Assembly: GCA_002269645.1 (NCBI GenBank)
Contig: NIVC01001062.1
Span: 186,001 to 250,000, forward strand
Source of the DNA: Macrostomum lignano
Lineage: Eukaryota
Reading direction: 5' to 3'
Length of the DNA: 64,000 nucleotides
Notes under the pieces: generated by a model
What the model was told of the DNA's origin: nothing
The model's input: only the letters and a program-made list of their open reading frames with translations
Database searches by the model: none
Shown: one piece after another, positions 49,353 through 64,000 of the stretch
Layout of the letters: every line of letters begins with the position of its first letter
Numbering within the stretch: position 1 is the first letter of the stretch
Position numbers and translations under genes: made by a program

Positions 49353-50167
49353 TCGATATTACTTATGCTGCTAAGACTCATGTCAACTCATATGCTCTAT
49401 AGTCATAGCGCAGTTTTTCAGTATCTCACAAATCAAAAGTCTCCCTTCAGTGCACAGGTTTAACTTCCTGAGTGCCACTGGTGAAGCCTTTCTGAAGTCT
49501 CTGAATCAGTGACAGCTGAACAATGTTATAATCAGGAGTTGATTTTTAAGCAGAGCGGCGGTGACAGCAGACATCCTGGTAACCTGTTTTGACTCTCAAA
49601 ATGAAAATAGAATCACGTGACCATCGTACAGCTAGTTAAGAAGATCGGTCACTCACGTACATTCCAACTTTACCTTTTGGCTTGACCCTATGTTAACCGT
49701 TATTTTATTCTAATTTTCTCAAGTAATTGAATGCATAAGCTTTTTGCCTACTGACGCTAGTAAGTAGTATAATGCAAGTATTGCTTTCTCACTCTTAAGG
49801 CAATATGGCCAATTATATATAGAACGTTTTTACTAGGAATTTTGTTTTTGTTAGCGGCAAAACTGCGCCCTATGACAGTTGCTATATTTTCCATTCATTA
49901 TTGCTAAAATATGTACTACAAGCATTGACTATTATATAATGCATGTTTTGTATGTATTGCGAGTCTAAAGGTATTGAGAGATCCGCCATGTAGGTGAGTT
50001 TGTAATTAGATTAATTAATCAATTTATTACACATAATAATACTACTGTAGTGTGTATATGGATTAATTCTATTGCTGTGTACATGAAATTGGAGCAGCAC
50101 AATTGGATCATAATAATAGTGGATCTTGTATAGTAGCCTGACATATATTTTTGGCTTCGGTTGACCC

Positions 50168-51058
50168 TCAGAGTAGTTAGCCCTGACACTCAAATTAGTT
50201 AGCCCTGACACTCAAATTAGTTAGCCCTGAAACTCAAATTAGTTAGCCCTGACACTCAAATTAGTTAGGCCTGACACTCAAATTAGTTAGCCCTGACACT
50301 CATATTAGTTAGCCCTGACACTCAAATTAGTTAGCCTTGAAATTAGATAGCCCTGACACTCAAATTAGTTAGAGCTGACACTCAAATTAATTATAGCCCT
50401 GACACTCAAGTTAGTTAGCCCTGACACTCAAATTAATTATAGCCCTGACACTCAAGTTAGTTAGCCCTGACACTCAAATTAATTATAGCCTTGACACTCA
50501 AATTAGTTAGCCCTGACACTCAAATTAGTTAGAGCTGACACTCAAATTAATTATAGCCCTGACACTCAAATTTGTTATAGCCCTGACACTCAAATTAGTT
50601 AGCCCTGACACTTATATTAGTTAGCCCTGACACTCAAATTAATTATAGCCTTGACACTCAAATTAGTTAGCCCTGACACTCAAATTAGTTAGCCCTGACA
50701 CTCAAATTAGTTAGTCCTGACACTCAAATTAGTTAGTCCTGACACTCAAATTAGTTAGTCCTGACACTCAAATTAGTTAGTCCTGACACTCAAATTAGTT
50801 AGTCCTGACACTCAAATTAGTTAGCCCTGACACTCAAATTAGTTAGCCCTGACACTCAAATTAGTTAGTCCTGACACTCAAATTAGTTAGTCCTGACACT
50901 CAAATTAGTTAGCCCTGACACTCAAATTAGTTAGCCCTGACACTCAAATTAGTTAGTCCTGACACTCAAATTAGTTAGCCCTGACACTCAAATTAATTAT
51001 AGCCTTGACACTCAAATTAGTTAGCCCTGACACTCAAATTAGTTAGCCCTGACACTCA
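50168..51058. repeat. 22-bp minisatellite (ctgacactcaaattagttagcc)
   Basis: Direct reading; 24-bp variants (aattaattatagcc); runs directly into (CAGA)n. Confidence 0.95.
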
Positions 51059-53148
<2,090 letters not shown>

Positions 53149-53619
53149 TTGATGCAGAGCATGCCGGACATAATTCCAAAAAGTCACTTGACAAAGCATG
53201 CTATTGGTTTTAGTCGGACTAATTTGTACTTTATATTTTTAAAGCGAAATAAAGCATTTCCAGTTGATCAACATAGGAAAAAAAGCAATAGGGAGCATAT
53301 AGCAGGTAGTTAACTCTGACTAATTAGAAAGGCATATGCAGGGTTTCGCCCAGCAAGCCACCTTGCGGGAAGGAAAATAAAAATCTCGGGAACCGCACCG
53401 CGCGCAATATTCTTTGCCACGTGGAACTCGAATGATTTATGACATACAGAGCAGCTACTAAACGGTCTGTAGTTTAGAAAGTTTATGCCGAACTGCGGAT
53501 ATAATTTTACGTGTAACGAGCTACATGTATGTTTGAAAATCATTTTATGTTCATTTATTTTCCTAGAGTATTTAAAAGTAAATATACTTTACTCTATTGA
53601 GTAGATATAGTAAGATGTG

Positions 53620-53675
53620 ACCGGAAGTACATAGATACGTATATACCGGAAGTAGATAGATGCATACCGGAAGTA
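53620..53675. promoter_or_regulatory. Three tandem ACCGGAAGTA sites (ETS-family consensus)
   Basis: Exact copies at 53620-53629, 53645-53654 and 53666-53675; function is inferred only. Confidence 0.3.
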
Positions 53676-54787
53676 GACAGATGTGATTGGACCCCCGAAT
53701 GACCAGATCGAAGTTACTAATAATTGTGACAAAAGAATCTCTTGAATAATTTGTTCCATCTGGATACATGTTAAGTAATTAAGGACTGATGCAAACACAC
53801 ACTGCTACCTTAACACATTATTTTATGTGTATTTAAATATACTTCACGTATATTCAATAAAATTCAAAGTGCAACAATAGCTATAGGTGCACAAACTAAT
53901 ATCTTATCAACAATTAGGCATTAAAATTTGGATGAGTTCGTAGATTAAAACAGAAAAACAAGAGAAAAATAAACTATTCAAGATAAAGATTGTGCTCTCT
54001 CAGTTTTACAAGATTCGACGTGCAAAGCTAGTTGATATAAATATATCACAACTACATAGAAGACTTCATCGCTATTAGCATTAAATACTAGTAACATATT
54101 TATAACAAGTTCAAACGTGGCAAAGATCAGCTTTCAAAAATGAATTTATTCATTTCCATCAGTAAAAAATGCGCTTATTATAACAAATCTTTAGTCGAAT
54201 TCGATATATTAATTTTTCGATAAAAGCTCGCGTCAATAATACGTCGTATCGAGTGATTAATTTCGATCTTGCAAATTGTATTATCAATTAGAATTTTTCT
54301 AGTAATCTCACGAAACGAGTGAAGTTTATTGCCATCTTTACAAGAATTTATAATTAGAATTTTTCTACGAAACTATACTTTAATCGATTTTCACTTCCAC
54401 TTCCAGAAAGACAAATATTTGATTTTTAATAATTATAATATCCGACATTATTACAGGAAACCAAACTCAGACGAGTTATCTTAAAAAGTTAAACAATTTT
54501 TTTTCTACAAACTCCGATCCTGCAACTACTGTAGATAGCTTGTGGCTAATAAAAGATGAAGGCGATCAGAGCTTTATTAAGTTGAGCGAAAAGTTAACTC
54601 TCGGCTGGGGGGGGGGGGCGACCGCGTCTATTTAATAAAAATTGATGAACATGTACAGTTAGTTTAATTGAGGCTGAAACATGGATTAAGGAATAGAAAG
54701 TATTGCTCATCTGAAAGCGAGTCTATGGCCAAGACTTCCTTAAAATTGGGATATCCCCCATGTATTTCATTGGCTGCTTGAATTTAA

Positions 54788-55535
54788 TATAGCATTTTGC
54801 AGCCCATTTGGGCTTACGCGCATTTAATTTAATCCAAGATACGTTTGCCAATGTAACGGAGCTTTTGTCTATGGTAGCAAGGCTGGCGCAGCGGCATTCA
54901 ATTTGGTCCAACAAGCATTCATTTGGTCCAAACACTCGTGAGCCATTGGACAAACTCTTGCCTTCTCTCAACCGTCTGCAGGTTGTTGCGCACCGCTGGA
55001 ATGTCAGCGTCTCTACCAAAAATTTTCAGTTGCTTTTCCAGAGCTCTGCTGATAGTCGAAATCTGATAACCAACTGGAGCTGTTCCCTCAACTTCTGCTG
55101 CATTTCGGCAACGTCAACAAAGGATTCGTCTCCACTGCATCGAGTAGCAGTTGGACCTGAGGCTCGAGCAACTTTCCTTGGCGATTGCCACCCTTTCGCA
55201 GGCAATCTCTGCCGGCAGAGTTTCAACGCGCTGTTGGATGCTGTAAACCACCTTTTCTTTTACATTCAGCAACCTTGCAATGTCCTTTGGGTGTTCACCT
55301 CCGTCGAGTGCTTCGATCACAAGCCAATGACATTCGTTCAACAGCCTAGCATATGGTCCACATTTCTGGGACTGAGCTGCAAATGAACTAAATGGACCAA
55401 ATTGATGCTTGTTGGACCAAATCAAACGCCGCTGTGCCAGCCTTGCTACCATAGACAAAAGCTCCATTGCTTTGACAAACATATCTTGGATTAACTTCAA
55501 TGCGCGCAAGCCCAAATGGGCTGCAAAAAGCTATA
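54788..55535 (-). mobile_element. Internally deleted Tc1/mariner-superfamily DNA transposon (~744 bp) with ~140-bp imperfect TIRs and TA target duplication
   Basis: Left end TA|TAGCATTTTGCAGCCCATTTGGGCTTACGCGC..., right end ...GCGCGCAAGCCCAAATGGGCTGCAAAAAGCTA|TA; inner TTGGTCCA direct repeats in both TIRs; minus strand encodes a paired-like HTH (VIEALDGGEHPKDIARLLNVKEKVVYSIQQR) with frameshifts and no DDE/D core. Confidence 0.82.
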
Positions 55536-56055
55536 ACAGCCCCCCCCCCAAGTTCTTACTGGCTGCAGCTTTTTTTAGAAAGTCTTAACCATCTGACAGC
55601 TTTCAGATGAGCGATCCTTTCTATTCTTTCATCCATGGGCTGAAACCGAAAGTGGGAGTTTAGGCCATACACAAACTAGCTTGTGGGCACTCAAAAGAAA
55701 GTACTTTTATTAAATGCAGGGAAACAGTGGGAAACAAGCCGCTACAAGCTATAATTTTTAAATAATTTTTACCAAAACACTTTTTGAAAAAGCCTGAAAT
55801 CCAAATAAAACCAACTTTTCCAAAAAAGTTGAATATAATTTGACAATACAACTTTAATTCCCTAAAAATTGTAAACTTTTGGAAATGCTTTTTATATTTT
55901 CTCAAATATTATATGGTCTTCCAATTTAAATAGCTATTGTAGAAAGCAATTTACTGTACTCTTCCCAATTTTTCTCAGAATCTAACCGAATTTTCTAGTA
56001 GGTGCTTTAATATTTATACATGTACCTTCGTCGGTTAAAACTAAGAAAATTTAAA

Positions 56056-59000
56056 TTAAAAATCGTCTTCGTGGTGACCAGCTGACCGCACCGCTAGCTC
56101 ACGTTCGTTAACGGTAGTTGGCTGACTGAACCTCCGGTCGAATGGCATCGGCGGCAGATCCTCCTCGCTTGGATCCAACGCCGCCATGGACACTTCGACT
56201 CGATGTCTGGCTTTGATGACGTCACGCATAATCTCTTTGGATTTGTAAACTCGTTCGCCTAGTTTGGTGTCCTCTGTTTTTCTCGACTCTACCAACTGTT
56301 CGCATTTGGTAATATACGCTTTGCGTAGGTCAACCGCTTCGAGTCGCATTGTTGCCATACGAGCTTTGTACTTCTCGTCTACTAGGCGAACTCGTTCGTC
56401 TAGGCGAGCTTTGAAAGCCGCTAACTCTGACCGAGTGTTGGCCAGGTTTCGCTCGAGGCTGGCAACCTCGTTCTCTCGCGATTCGAGCTGGGACGTCAGC
56501 GATTTCACCTTTTCTTCTTTGGCCTGAGAAATTAGATTTTATTGCGTGTTTGTAACCATTGTATACATTACTTATAGACTTCTTTTGTCAGCATTGGTCA
56601 CTGATTTGTGCTGACAGTGTCTTGTGTCACCATTGGTCACTGATTTGTGCTGACAGTGTCTTGTGTCACCATTGGTCACTGATTTGTGCTGACAGTGTCT
56701 TGTGTCACCATTGACTGATTTGTGCTGACAGTGTCTTGTGTCACCGTTGACTGATTTGTGCTGACAGTGTCTTGTGTCACCATTGGTCACTGATTTGTGC
56801 TGACAGTGTCTTGTGTCACCATTGACTGATTTGTGCTGACAGTGTCTTGTGTCACCATTGGTCACTGATTTGTGCTGACAGTGTCTTGTGTCACCATTGG
56901 TCACTGATTTGTGCTGACAGTGTCTTGTGTCACCATTGACTGATTTGTGCTGACAGTGTCTTGTGTCACCATTGGTCACTGATTTGTGCTGACAGTGTCT
57001 TGTGTCACCATTGACTGATTTGTGCTGACAGTGTCTTGTGTATGTACCTAGCTGAAATCAAGTGGTATTTTTAAGCAATTCTATAAATAAAGAAACCAGC
57101 TTAAAAATAAAATCAAGGCTGCTGTAAGTATAATCAATTAACATCACGTCTAAATTATTTGCAATAAAATTGATAAGAAAACAGTAACATAAAATAAATT
57201 TCCAAACGAGAAAAATTGACAATATTTAAAATATTTACCAATCAACAAATTACTCACACAGTAAACAAATCATAATTGGTACTATACCAGATAAATACCA
57301 ATAGATTATCGATAAATCAACATTTGAAATTGCTTTTAAAAGCCAATTATTTGTTGCACTTCCAAACAGAGATTAGATTTCACTGCAGGTTCCGCTGTTA
57401 CTGGGGTTGGTGGTTGCGTCACGCGTGCAGTGTTTTTTTTTTAATTCTTCTTAATTGCCAAACTACGTGTAAATAAAACTGGTTAAGTGGTACACTACTT
57501 AAAGTAGAATTTACGAGTATTTCATATTAAATTTTAGTATGGTAAAGTGCAAATGGGTACAAGATTTGATAATTTCTTTTACTGCTAGATATATAATTAA
57601 AGATAAAAAACGGCTTTAAAAAGTTAGTTAAGTGACAACGAAATTTGCACCATTGCTGCACCGACTACAGGCAGACCCGCTCTGCTATGCCTAACCTGAA
57701 CAGGAAATCTTCTGAATATCTGACATCACTTAACAGAACCGACCTCAGGGAGATGTGCATGGTCCTAACCGGCCATGGTTCCTTCCAGAGACATATCTCC
57801 ATGCAAACCAGTTGCCTTCCCATCTGTCCTTTCTGTGGCATAGGAGAGGATCGAGACCGCGGAGCATTACGTCACTTTCTGCCCTTACTTCAACAAGGCG
57901 CGGCACAAATACCTCGGCCTCCCCCAGCGGATGAACGAGCTGACCACCCCGGACAACATTAGTGACCTTTGCGCCTTCGTCCGGGATACCGGCCGGATGA
58001 GGGTCGCCGATGCCTCCACTGCGAACCTGCCGACTACTGGCGGGGGCTGGGCGCACCCCCAGGGTTAATCCTTGTGCTTTTTTACCTTGGGGGAGTACCA
58101 GTATAAAGTGACATTGGAGTAACAGTACGAAGTGACATTGAATTGGAGTTACAGTACGGATTGACACTGGAATACCACTCGGAGTGACATTAGTGACACA
58201 GCAATTTATAACCAGTTTAGTAAGCAACAATGCTAAGTTAATAAAGTGTCACGCTATGAACTTCAACTACCAATTTAAACAAAAAAGCACTAATTTAAAT
58301 CAGCCCCACTCACCACTAAGTCCCTAGTCGCTGAGTTCAATCGCTGAACAGTGCCCTCCATATCTGAGTAGCGATTGTGCAGTTCGCTTAATTCCTTCTC
58401 GTGCTCCAATTGAAATTTCTGCAGCTCAGTATTGTGAGAAGTTTTCAACGCTTCGACTTCAGCCTCGCGCTCTTTCAGCAACTCACTCGTGGCCTCATCA
58501 ACCAGTCGTTTGGCGCGGGCCTCGCCTTCAGCAATCAGCTCTGCTTCTTTCTTTCGCCACTTTTCATCAAGATCTTTGGTGTAGGAGTCTTTGAATGTGT
58601 CGAAACTGCTCTTAAGGTAGGCGATTTGACTCTCCAGTTCTTTGCGCATCAGGCTGTACTTGCTATCGGCTTCTTGGGCCTGGTTTATTAATTAATAATC
58701 AGCTTTTAGTTTAGTGAACATAAGTATTCGTTCAATATTCAGACACCAAGTTAACCGACTCAGATCCCACGTTCCCCTACTCAGATCCCACGTTCCCCTA
58801 CTCAGATCCCACGTTACCCTACTCAGATCCCACGTTACCCTACTCAGATCCCTAGCTACCCTACTCAGATCCCAAGTTCCTCCTAGTCAGATCCCAAGCT
58901 ACCCTGACTCAGATCCCAAGCTACCCTACCCAGATCCCAAGCTACCCTGACTCAGATCCCAAGCTACTCAGATCCCAAGTTCCTCCTACTCAGATCCCAA

Positions 59001-60928
59001 GCTACCCTACTCAGATCCAAGCTACCCTACTCAGATCCCAAGCTACCCTACCCAGATCCCAAGCTACCCTACTCAGATCCCAAGCTACCCTACCCAGATC
59101 CCAAGCTACCCTACCCAGATCCCAAGCTACCCTACTCAGACCCCAAGCTACCCTACTCAGATCCCAAGCTAACCTACCCAGATCCCAAGCTACCCTACTC
59201 AGATCCCAAGCTACCCTACTCAGATCCTAAGCTACCCTACCCAAGATCTTAAGCTACCCTACCCAGATCCCAAGCTACCTTACCCAGATCCCAAGCTACC
59301 CTACCCAGATCCCAAGCTACCCTACCCAGATCCCAAGCTACCCTACCCAGATCCCAAGCTACCCTACCCAGATCCCAAGCTACCCTACCCAGATCCCAAG
59401 CTACCCTACCCAAGATCTTAAGCTACCCTACCCAGATCCCAAGCTACCCTACCAAGATCCCAAGCTACCCTACCCAGATCCCAAGCTACCCTACCCAGAT
59501 CCCAAGCTACCCTACCCAGATCCCAAGCTACCCTACCCAGATCCCAAGCTACCCTACCCAGATCCCAAGCTACCCTACCCAGATCCCAAGCTACCCTACC
59601 CAGATCCCAAGCTACCCTACCCAGATCCCAAGCTACCCTACCCAGATCCCAAGCTACCCTACCCAGATCCCAAGCTACCCTACCCAGATCTTAAGCTACC
59701 TACTACTCAGGTAAAAAACCCGCATACTCAGATTCAAATCTCCCTCCACTCAGATTCCAACTCCCAAGCTCATTATCATTATCTCCTTCTCAACAAAACT
59801 TCTCACCTGCTCCTGTCTCTCCTTCTCGACCTGTTGCACAGCAGTCTGATGCTGGGCCAGCAGGTCAATTATCCGACCCTCGTGAGCCTGAGACTGAGCC
59901 TCGAGTTTTTCTTGCATCTCAGCCGTTAGGGCTTCGATCTCTTCTCGACGTTTGAGTCGCTCTTCTTCTAGCATGACAACCAAAGAGTCCAGGTGTTTCT
60001 GCATCTGACCGACTAAAGCATCGCGCTGTGCCTCTTCAACAGTTCGGCTCTGCTTCGCCACTGTTTCGGCTTTCTGTTGCCTGGCTGTGGACAGCTGATC
60101 GGAGTCCAGAGTCACCAGGACTCGGTCTCGCGAACGGGTCAACTGGAAGCCCGGGCCAAGCTGGAAAGTCCGGCTAGCTGGAGGCTGGAAGAGTGAGAAA
60201 TGAAGCTTGGGATTAAATAAGATCAATCTCGTACGTCATTCTATTTAAAAGTTTGTCATAGTCTTGCAGTAACAGTGTCAACGAAAATAAAAGGTAACGG
60301 TTTTCCACATGGAGACAAATTTCTATGTTTAAACATCATTTAACCATCACCTGTAGCAACGTAATTCTCCCTCATTTCTTGAACATTCCAATCCTGTCAA
60401 TCGCAACAGATCTTGTCTTCCAAATGATCTTCCCTGTCATGAACTCAGCCCCCCTTGAATGGCTCTTCAGATGGGAAAAAATAATGGAATCCGCTGTCGC
60501 TAGATCTGACAAGTTGCGGCAGAATCTTTTCGGACAAACATTTGTGCAATACGGAAAAATTACATGACTACATACATGTAGCTCCCATCACCCTGTCTTA
60601 CCGCCGTCTTAGGCAGAGCAGATTCTTCGCTTGTGGGCGCCTCTCCGAGTTGCTGGTGCTGGTGCTGCTGCTGCTGCTGCTGGTGCCTCAAAGGCAGCGA
60701 AGCTGTGGCACAATGCCTTCTAACCGGCTCGGACACAACCAGCAAACTCGGCGTCACCAGTCCTGCCAAATAATTAGCCGGCTTCTCGCTTGGCGCGGTT
60801 TTCACGCGATGGCGCGTGTCTGACCAGGCGGCGCGCACCGGGGTTCGTCTGTTGATGCAAGCGAACGAAGAGGACAACTTGGCGTCCGCCAGCGCGTTTG
60901 ATGCTGTCGCAGTTGCAGTGCTGGACAT
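56056..60928 (-). CDS. FLACC1-like: Flagellum-associated coiled-coil domain-containing protein 1 (ALS2CR12)-like, complement(join(56056..56523,58314..58679,59807..60184,60602..60928)), ~512 aa
   Basis: Four exons, all phase 0, GT-AG, 1539 nt. [21 protein letters not shown] resembles human INVSPGYQLVRNREQISVTL and [21 protein letters not shown] resembles YLKNMFRTYQDSIYDEMEEKW (human sequence recalled, not searched); long heptad coiled coil. Confidence 0.8.
56586..57040. repeat. 36/39-bp minisatellite (cattg[gtc]actgatttgtgctgacagtgtcttgtgtcac), copy in FLACC1-like intron 3
   Basis: About 12 units; same units as 60996-62372. Confidence 0.95.
57645..58068 (+). mobile_element. 5'-truncated non-LTR retrotransposon 3' end (I/Loa/R1-like), frameshifted, antisense in FLACC1-like intron 3
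   Basis: [22 protein letters not shown]...CPFCGIGED then a +1 frameshift at ~57852 to [22 protein letters not shown]...[10 protein letters not shown]; stop at 58066-58068. Confidence 0.8.
58755..59705. repeat. 21-bp minisatellite (agatcccaagctaccctaccc) in FLACC1-like intron 2
   Basis: Direct reading; variant gradient from left to right. Confidence 0.95.
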
Positions 60929-60995
60929 TTCTTTCTACTTATGGATCAGCAAAATGTTGGGTTTTAGACAGGCATCAAATACTGACTGTGTCTCG

Positions 60996-62372
60996 GTGCT
61001 GACAGTGTCTTGTGTCACCATTGACTGATTTGTGCTGACAGTGTCTTGTGTCACCATTGACTGATTTGTGCTGACAGTGTCTTGTGTCACCATTGACTGA
61101 TTTGTGCTGACAGTGTCTTGTGTCACCATTGACTGATTTGTGCTGACAGTGTCTTGTGTCACCATTGACTGATTTGTGCTGACAGTGTCTTGTGTCACCA
61201 TTGACTGATTTGTGCTGACAGTGTCTTGTGTCAGCATTGACTAATTTGTGCTGACAGTGTCTTGTGTCACCATTGGTCACTGATTTGTGCTGACAGTGTC
61301 TTGTGTCACCATTGACTGATTTGTGCTGACAGTGTCTTGTGTCACCATTGACTGATTTGTGCTGACAGTGTCTTGTGTCACCATTGACTGATTTGTGCTG
61401 ACAGTGTCTTGTGTCACCATTGACTGATTTGTGCTGACAGTGTCTTGTGTCACCATTGGTCACTGATTTGTGCTGACAGTGTCTTGTGTCACCATTGACT
61501 GATTTGTGCTGACAGTGTCTTGTGTCACCATTGGTCACTGATTTGTGCTGACAGTGTCTTGTGTCACCATTGACTGATTTGTGCTGACAGTGTCTTGTGT
61601 CACCATTGACTGATTTGTGCTGACAGTGTCTTGTGTCACCATTGGTCACTGATTTGTGCTGACAGTGTCTTGTGTCACCATTGGTCACTGATTTGTGCTG
61701 ACAGTGTCTTGTGTCACCATTGACTGATTTGTGCTGACAGTGTCTTGTGTCACCATTGGTCACTGATTTGTGCTGACAGTGTCTTGTGTCACCATTGACT
61801 GATTTGTGCTGACAGTGTCTTGTGTCACCATTGACTGATTTGTGCTGACAGTGTCTTGTGTCACCATTGACTGATTTGTGCTGACAGTGTCTTGTGTCAC
61901 CATTGACTGATTTGTGCTGACAGTGTCTTGTGTCACCATTGACTGATTTGTGCTGACAGTGTCTTGTGTCACCATTGGTCACTGATTTGTGCTGACAGTG
62001 TCTTGTGTCACCATTGACTGATTTGTGCTGACAGTGTCTTGTGTCACCATTGGTCACTGATTTGTGCTGACAGTGTCTTGTGTCACCATTGACTGATTTG
62101 TGCTGACAGTGTCTTGTGTCACCATTGACTGATTTGTGCTGACAGTGTCTTGTGTCACCATTGGTCACTGATTTGTGCTGACAGTGTCTTGTGTCACCAT
62201 TGGTCACTGATTTGTGCTGACAGTGTCTTGTGTCACCATTGACTGATTTGTGCTGACAGTGTCTTGTGTCACCATTGGTCACTGATTTGTGCTGACAGTG
62301 TCTTGTGTCACCATTGACTGATTTGTGCTGACAGTGTCTTGTGTCACCATTGACTGATTTGTGCTGACAGTG
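60996..62372. repeat. 36/39-bp minisatellite, ~37 units, between the PIERCE1-like and FLACC1-like genes
   Basis: Direct reading; source of the 435-aa [15 protein letters not shown]. Confidence 0.96.
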
Positions 62373-63085
62373 TTAATACTGACAAATGGTGATGCTGAAA
62401 CTAAAACTATGATATCATCTTTAAGCAATTACACAAGACGCAGAAATTAAAAACATTTTTAATTTTTCAAAAAAGTTTTCAAAAACAGTGAAAAGCAAAT
62501 AAACTTGTTGATTTATTGCAATGTAAAATAGAATTGACTTTAAACTAAAATTATTATTGTCAAAATTAAATTTCTCACACATGGACGACTAAAGTAAAAG
62601 GACGGTAGCTAATTTTCTAAACAAAAAGCTCTGTGGAAATCAATAGAGCTATAGGAATGGCAAGCCATAACATAAGATGAACATTGCGCCTGCTTCCTAT
62701 CAAAAGCAACAATCAACAATTTTTGTCCTGAGAAAATGTAAAGCTCCATTCTCCGTAATGTTTTTTGTCGGTAAAACCGGCCTCCTAAAATTTTCTAAGG
62801 AATATAGGTTCCAGTCCTACTTGCTTGAGTAGTTCTTGGAGCATACTAAATGCACTAGCGATACGACAAATATACGTTCTTTTCCGATCTGCAGCTCATT
62901 TCTTAGAATATCGAGTCAAGAGTCCTTCTACTTCAGTTGTCCATGGTCTCAAATCACTAGAGCAAACGATATTTTAATTACAAATTTTGTTGGAACGGTG
63001 ACAAAAACAGTATCTTTGACTAAATTTGTAAAAAGTTTCAGTGAATATTCAAAATTATTCGTGCCGATTGGTTTGACCAGACGCA

Positions 63086-63643
63086 TCAGATGAGCTTCCG
63101 GTCTTTTCCAGTGTTCATAGAGTGGTTCCGGTACATGCCGCACTTTCCAAGCTTCTGTGAAATTTTAATCAAAGTATAGCTGGTTGTTAATGAATTGCAA
63201 GACCCAATCTACTGCGCTGCTAAATGGGAGGTCTCAACCAAGGAGCACCGGGCTAACTAATTAGAGAGCCAATTCTCTGACCATGTCTAAATATCAATTT
63301 ATCGATCTTGAATTCACGTGTTATTCGACATTTCAAAGCTCTCCTCTTGGGGGGCCTTTTTAAGATGATTTTGCATCTAATAAGCGTTGCTCACCTCAGA
63401 GAAAGTCTGAGACACCGGATGGAATGTAGTTGGCATTGTGTGCACTGTGGGCGACATTTTCCCGTAATCCGATGCAGTGGTGCGGTACATTGGATGTACC
63501 GGTTTAACGTTGCCGTACCCTTTAAACCAATCCGGATTGTCAAACCTGTCGGGAATGTTCTGTACGGCGTAGTACTCGGATGTCTTGCTGCCTTGCGGTA
63601 CCCCGCCTGGGCCTGTCGCGTTTGACGAGTCGCTTGAAGCCAT
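63086..63643 (-). CDS. PIERCE1-like: Piercer of microtubule wall 1 (PIERCE1/C9orf116, ciliary microtubule inner protein)-like, complement(join(63086..63154,63395..63643)), 105 aa
   Basis: KTSEYYAVQNIPDRFDNPDWFKGY...MYRTTASDYG...PTVHTMPTTFHPVSQTFSE|KLGKCGMYRNHSMN matches the family motifs RTSDYY..LPGRFNNPGWFRGY..YRTSNQAYG..PTVHEMP..F..GMFRNNTLN; GAG|gtgagc and tttcacag|AAG, phase 0. Confidence 0.92.
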
Positions 63644-64000
63644 CGTGCACGACCTGTAAGCTGGAGGCAGTTAATGGAACAGTCTGCGATGTAAATTGAA
63701 AAAAGTTTAGACTATATCTAGGAATGAAATTTTAGCCTTGAAATGAAAAATATAATATTATCGAAGTTTTTGGACATTAAATGCCGAAATTTCATGGCTC
63801 ACGAGGGAATTTCTGAGATAACAATGCTCATGGGGGAGTTGCTGAGATGTCAAGACTCACGGCTGGGAATAGATGATATGCCAATTGTCGATTGGAAGTT
63901 TTTGATAGGCCAAGCATCAAACGGAGTGTTTAAGAGTTGAGTTTAAGCCACAGCTTCTACAAATTTATATTTGTAGCTAAAAGGGGGTGCTGATATCTTC

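Noticed and set aside
60975-62372. CRISPR-like 36-bp repeats
   Set aside because: Units are directly tandem with no unique spacers and no cas genes, in a spliced eukaryotic context

Overview
Eukaryotic, intron-rich invertebrate genomic DNA: GC-richer exons sit in AT-rich introns packed with micro- and minisatellites. The style resembles a free-living flatworm such as Macrostomum (inference only). Five spliced genes were rebuilt by hand with GT-AG junctions and consistent phases: (1) an uncharacterised ~492-aa protein with a possible beta-propeller (+, 1954-5816); (2) a divergent YjeF_N/NAXE-family protein with altered active-site motifs (+, 19123-21211); (3) an 11-coding-exon invertebrate-type dopamine transporter, DAT/SLC6A3-like (-, 48796-24598); (4) a FLACC1/ALS2CR12-like coiled-coil protein (-, 60928-56056); (5) PIERCE1/C9orf116-like (-, 63643-63086). 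Mobile DNA: a 389-bp solo LTR with a 4-bp TSD, an internally deleted Tc1/mariner element with ~140-bp TIRs, two 3' fragments of non-LTR retrotransposons and a possible Penelope-like remnant. Tandem repeats make up a large part of the window and produce most of the long ORFs in the track, which are artefacts. No rRNA, tRNA or CRISPR array is supported, and I cannot demonstrate a new biological system. The best leads are the possible NAXE pseudo-enzyme, complementary repeat pairs bracketing DAT exons, a triple ETS site upstream of DAT, the tandem ciliary gene pair with acceptor sites just before start codons, and microsatellites growing out of splice donors.
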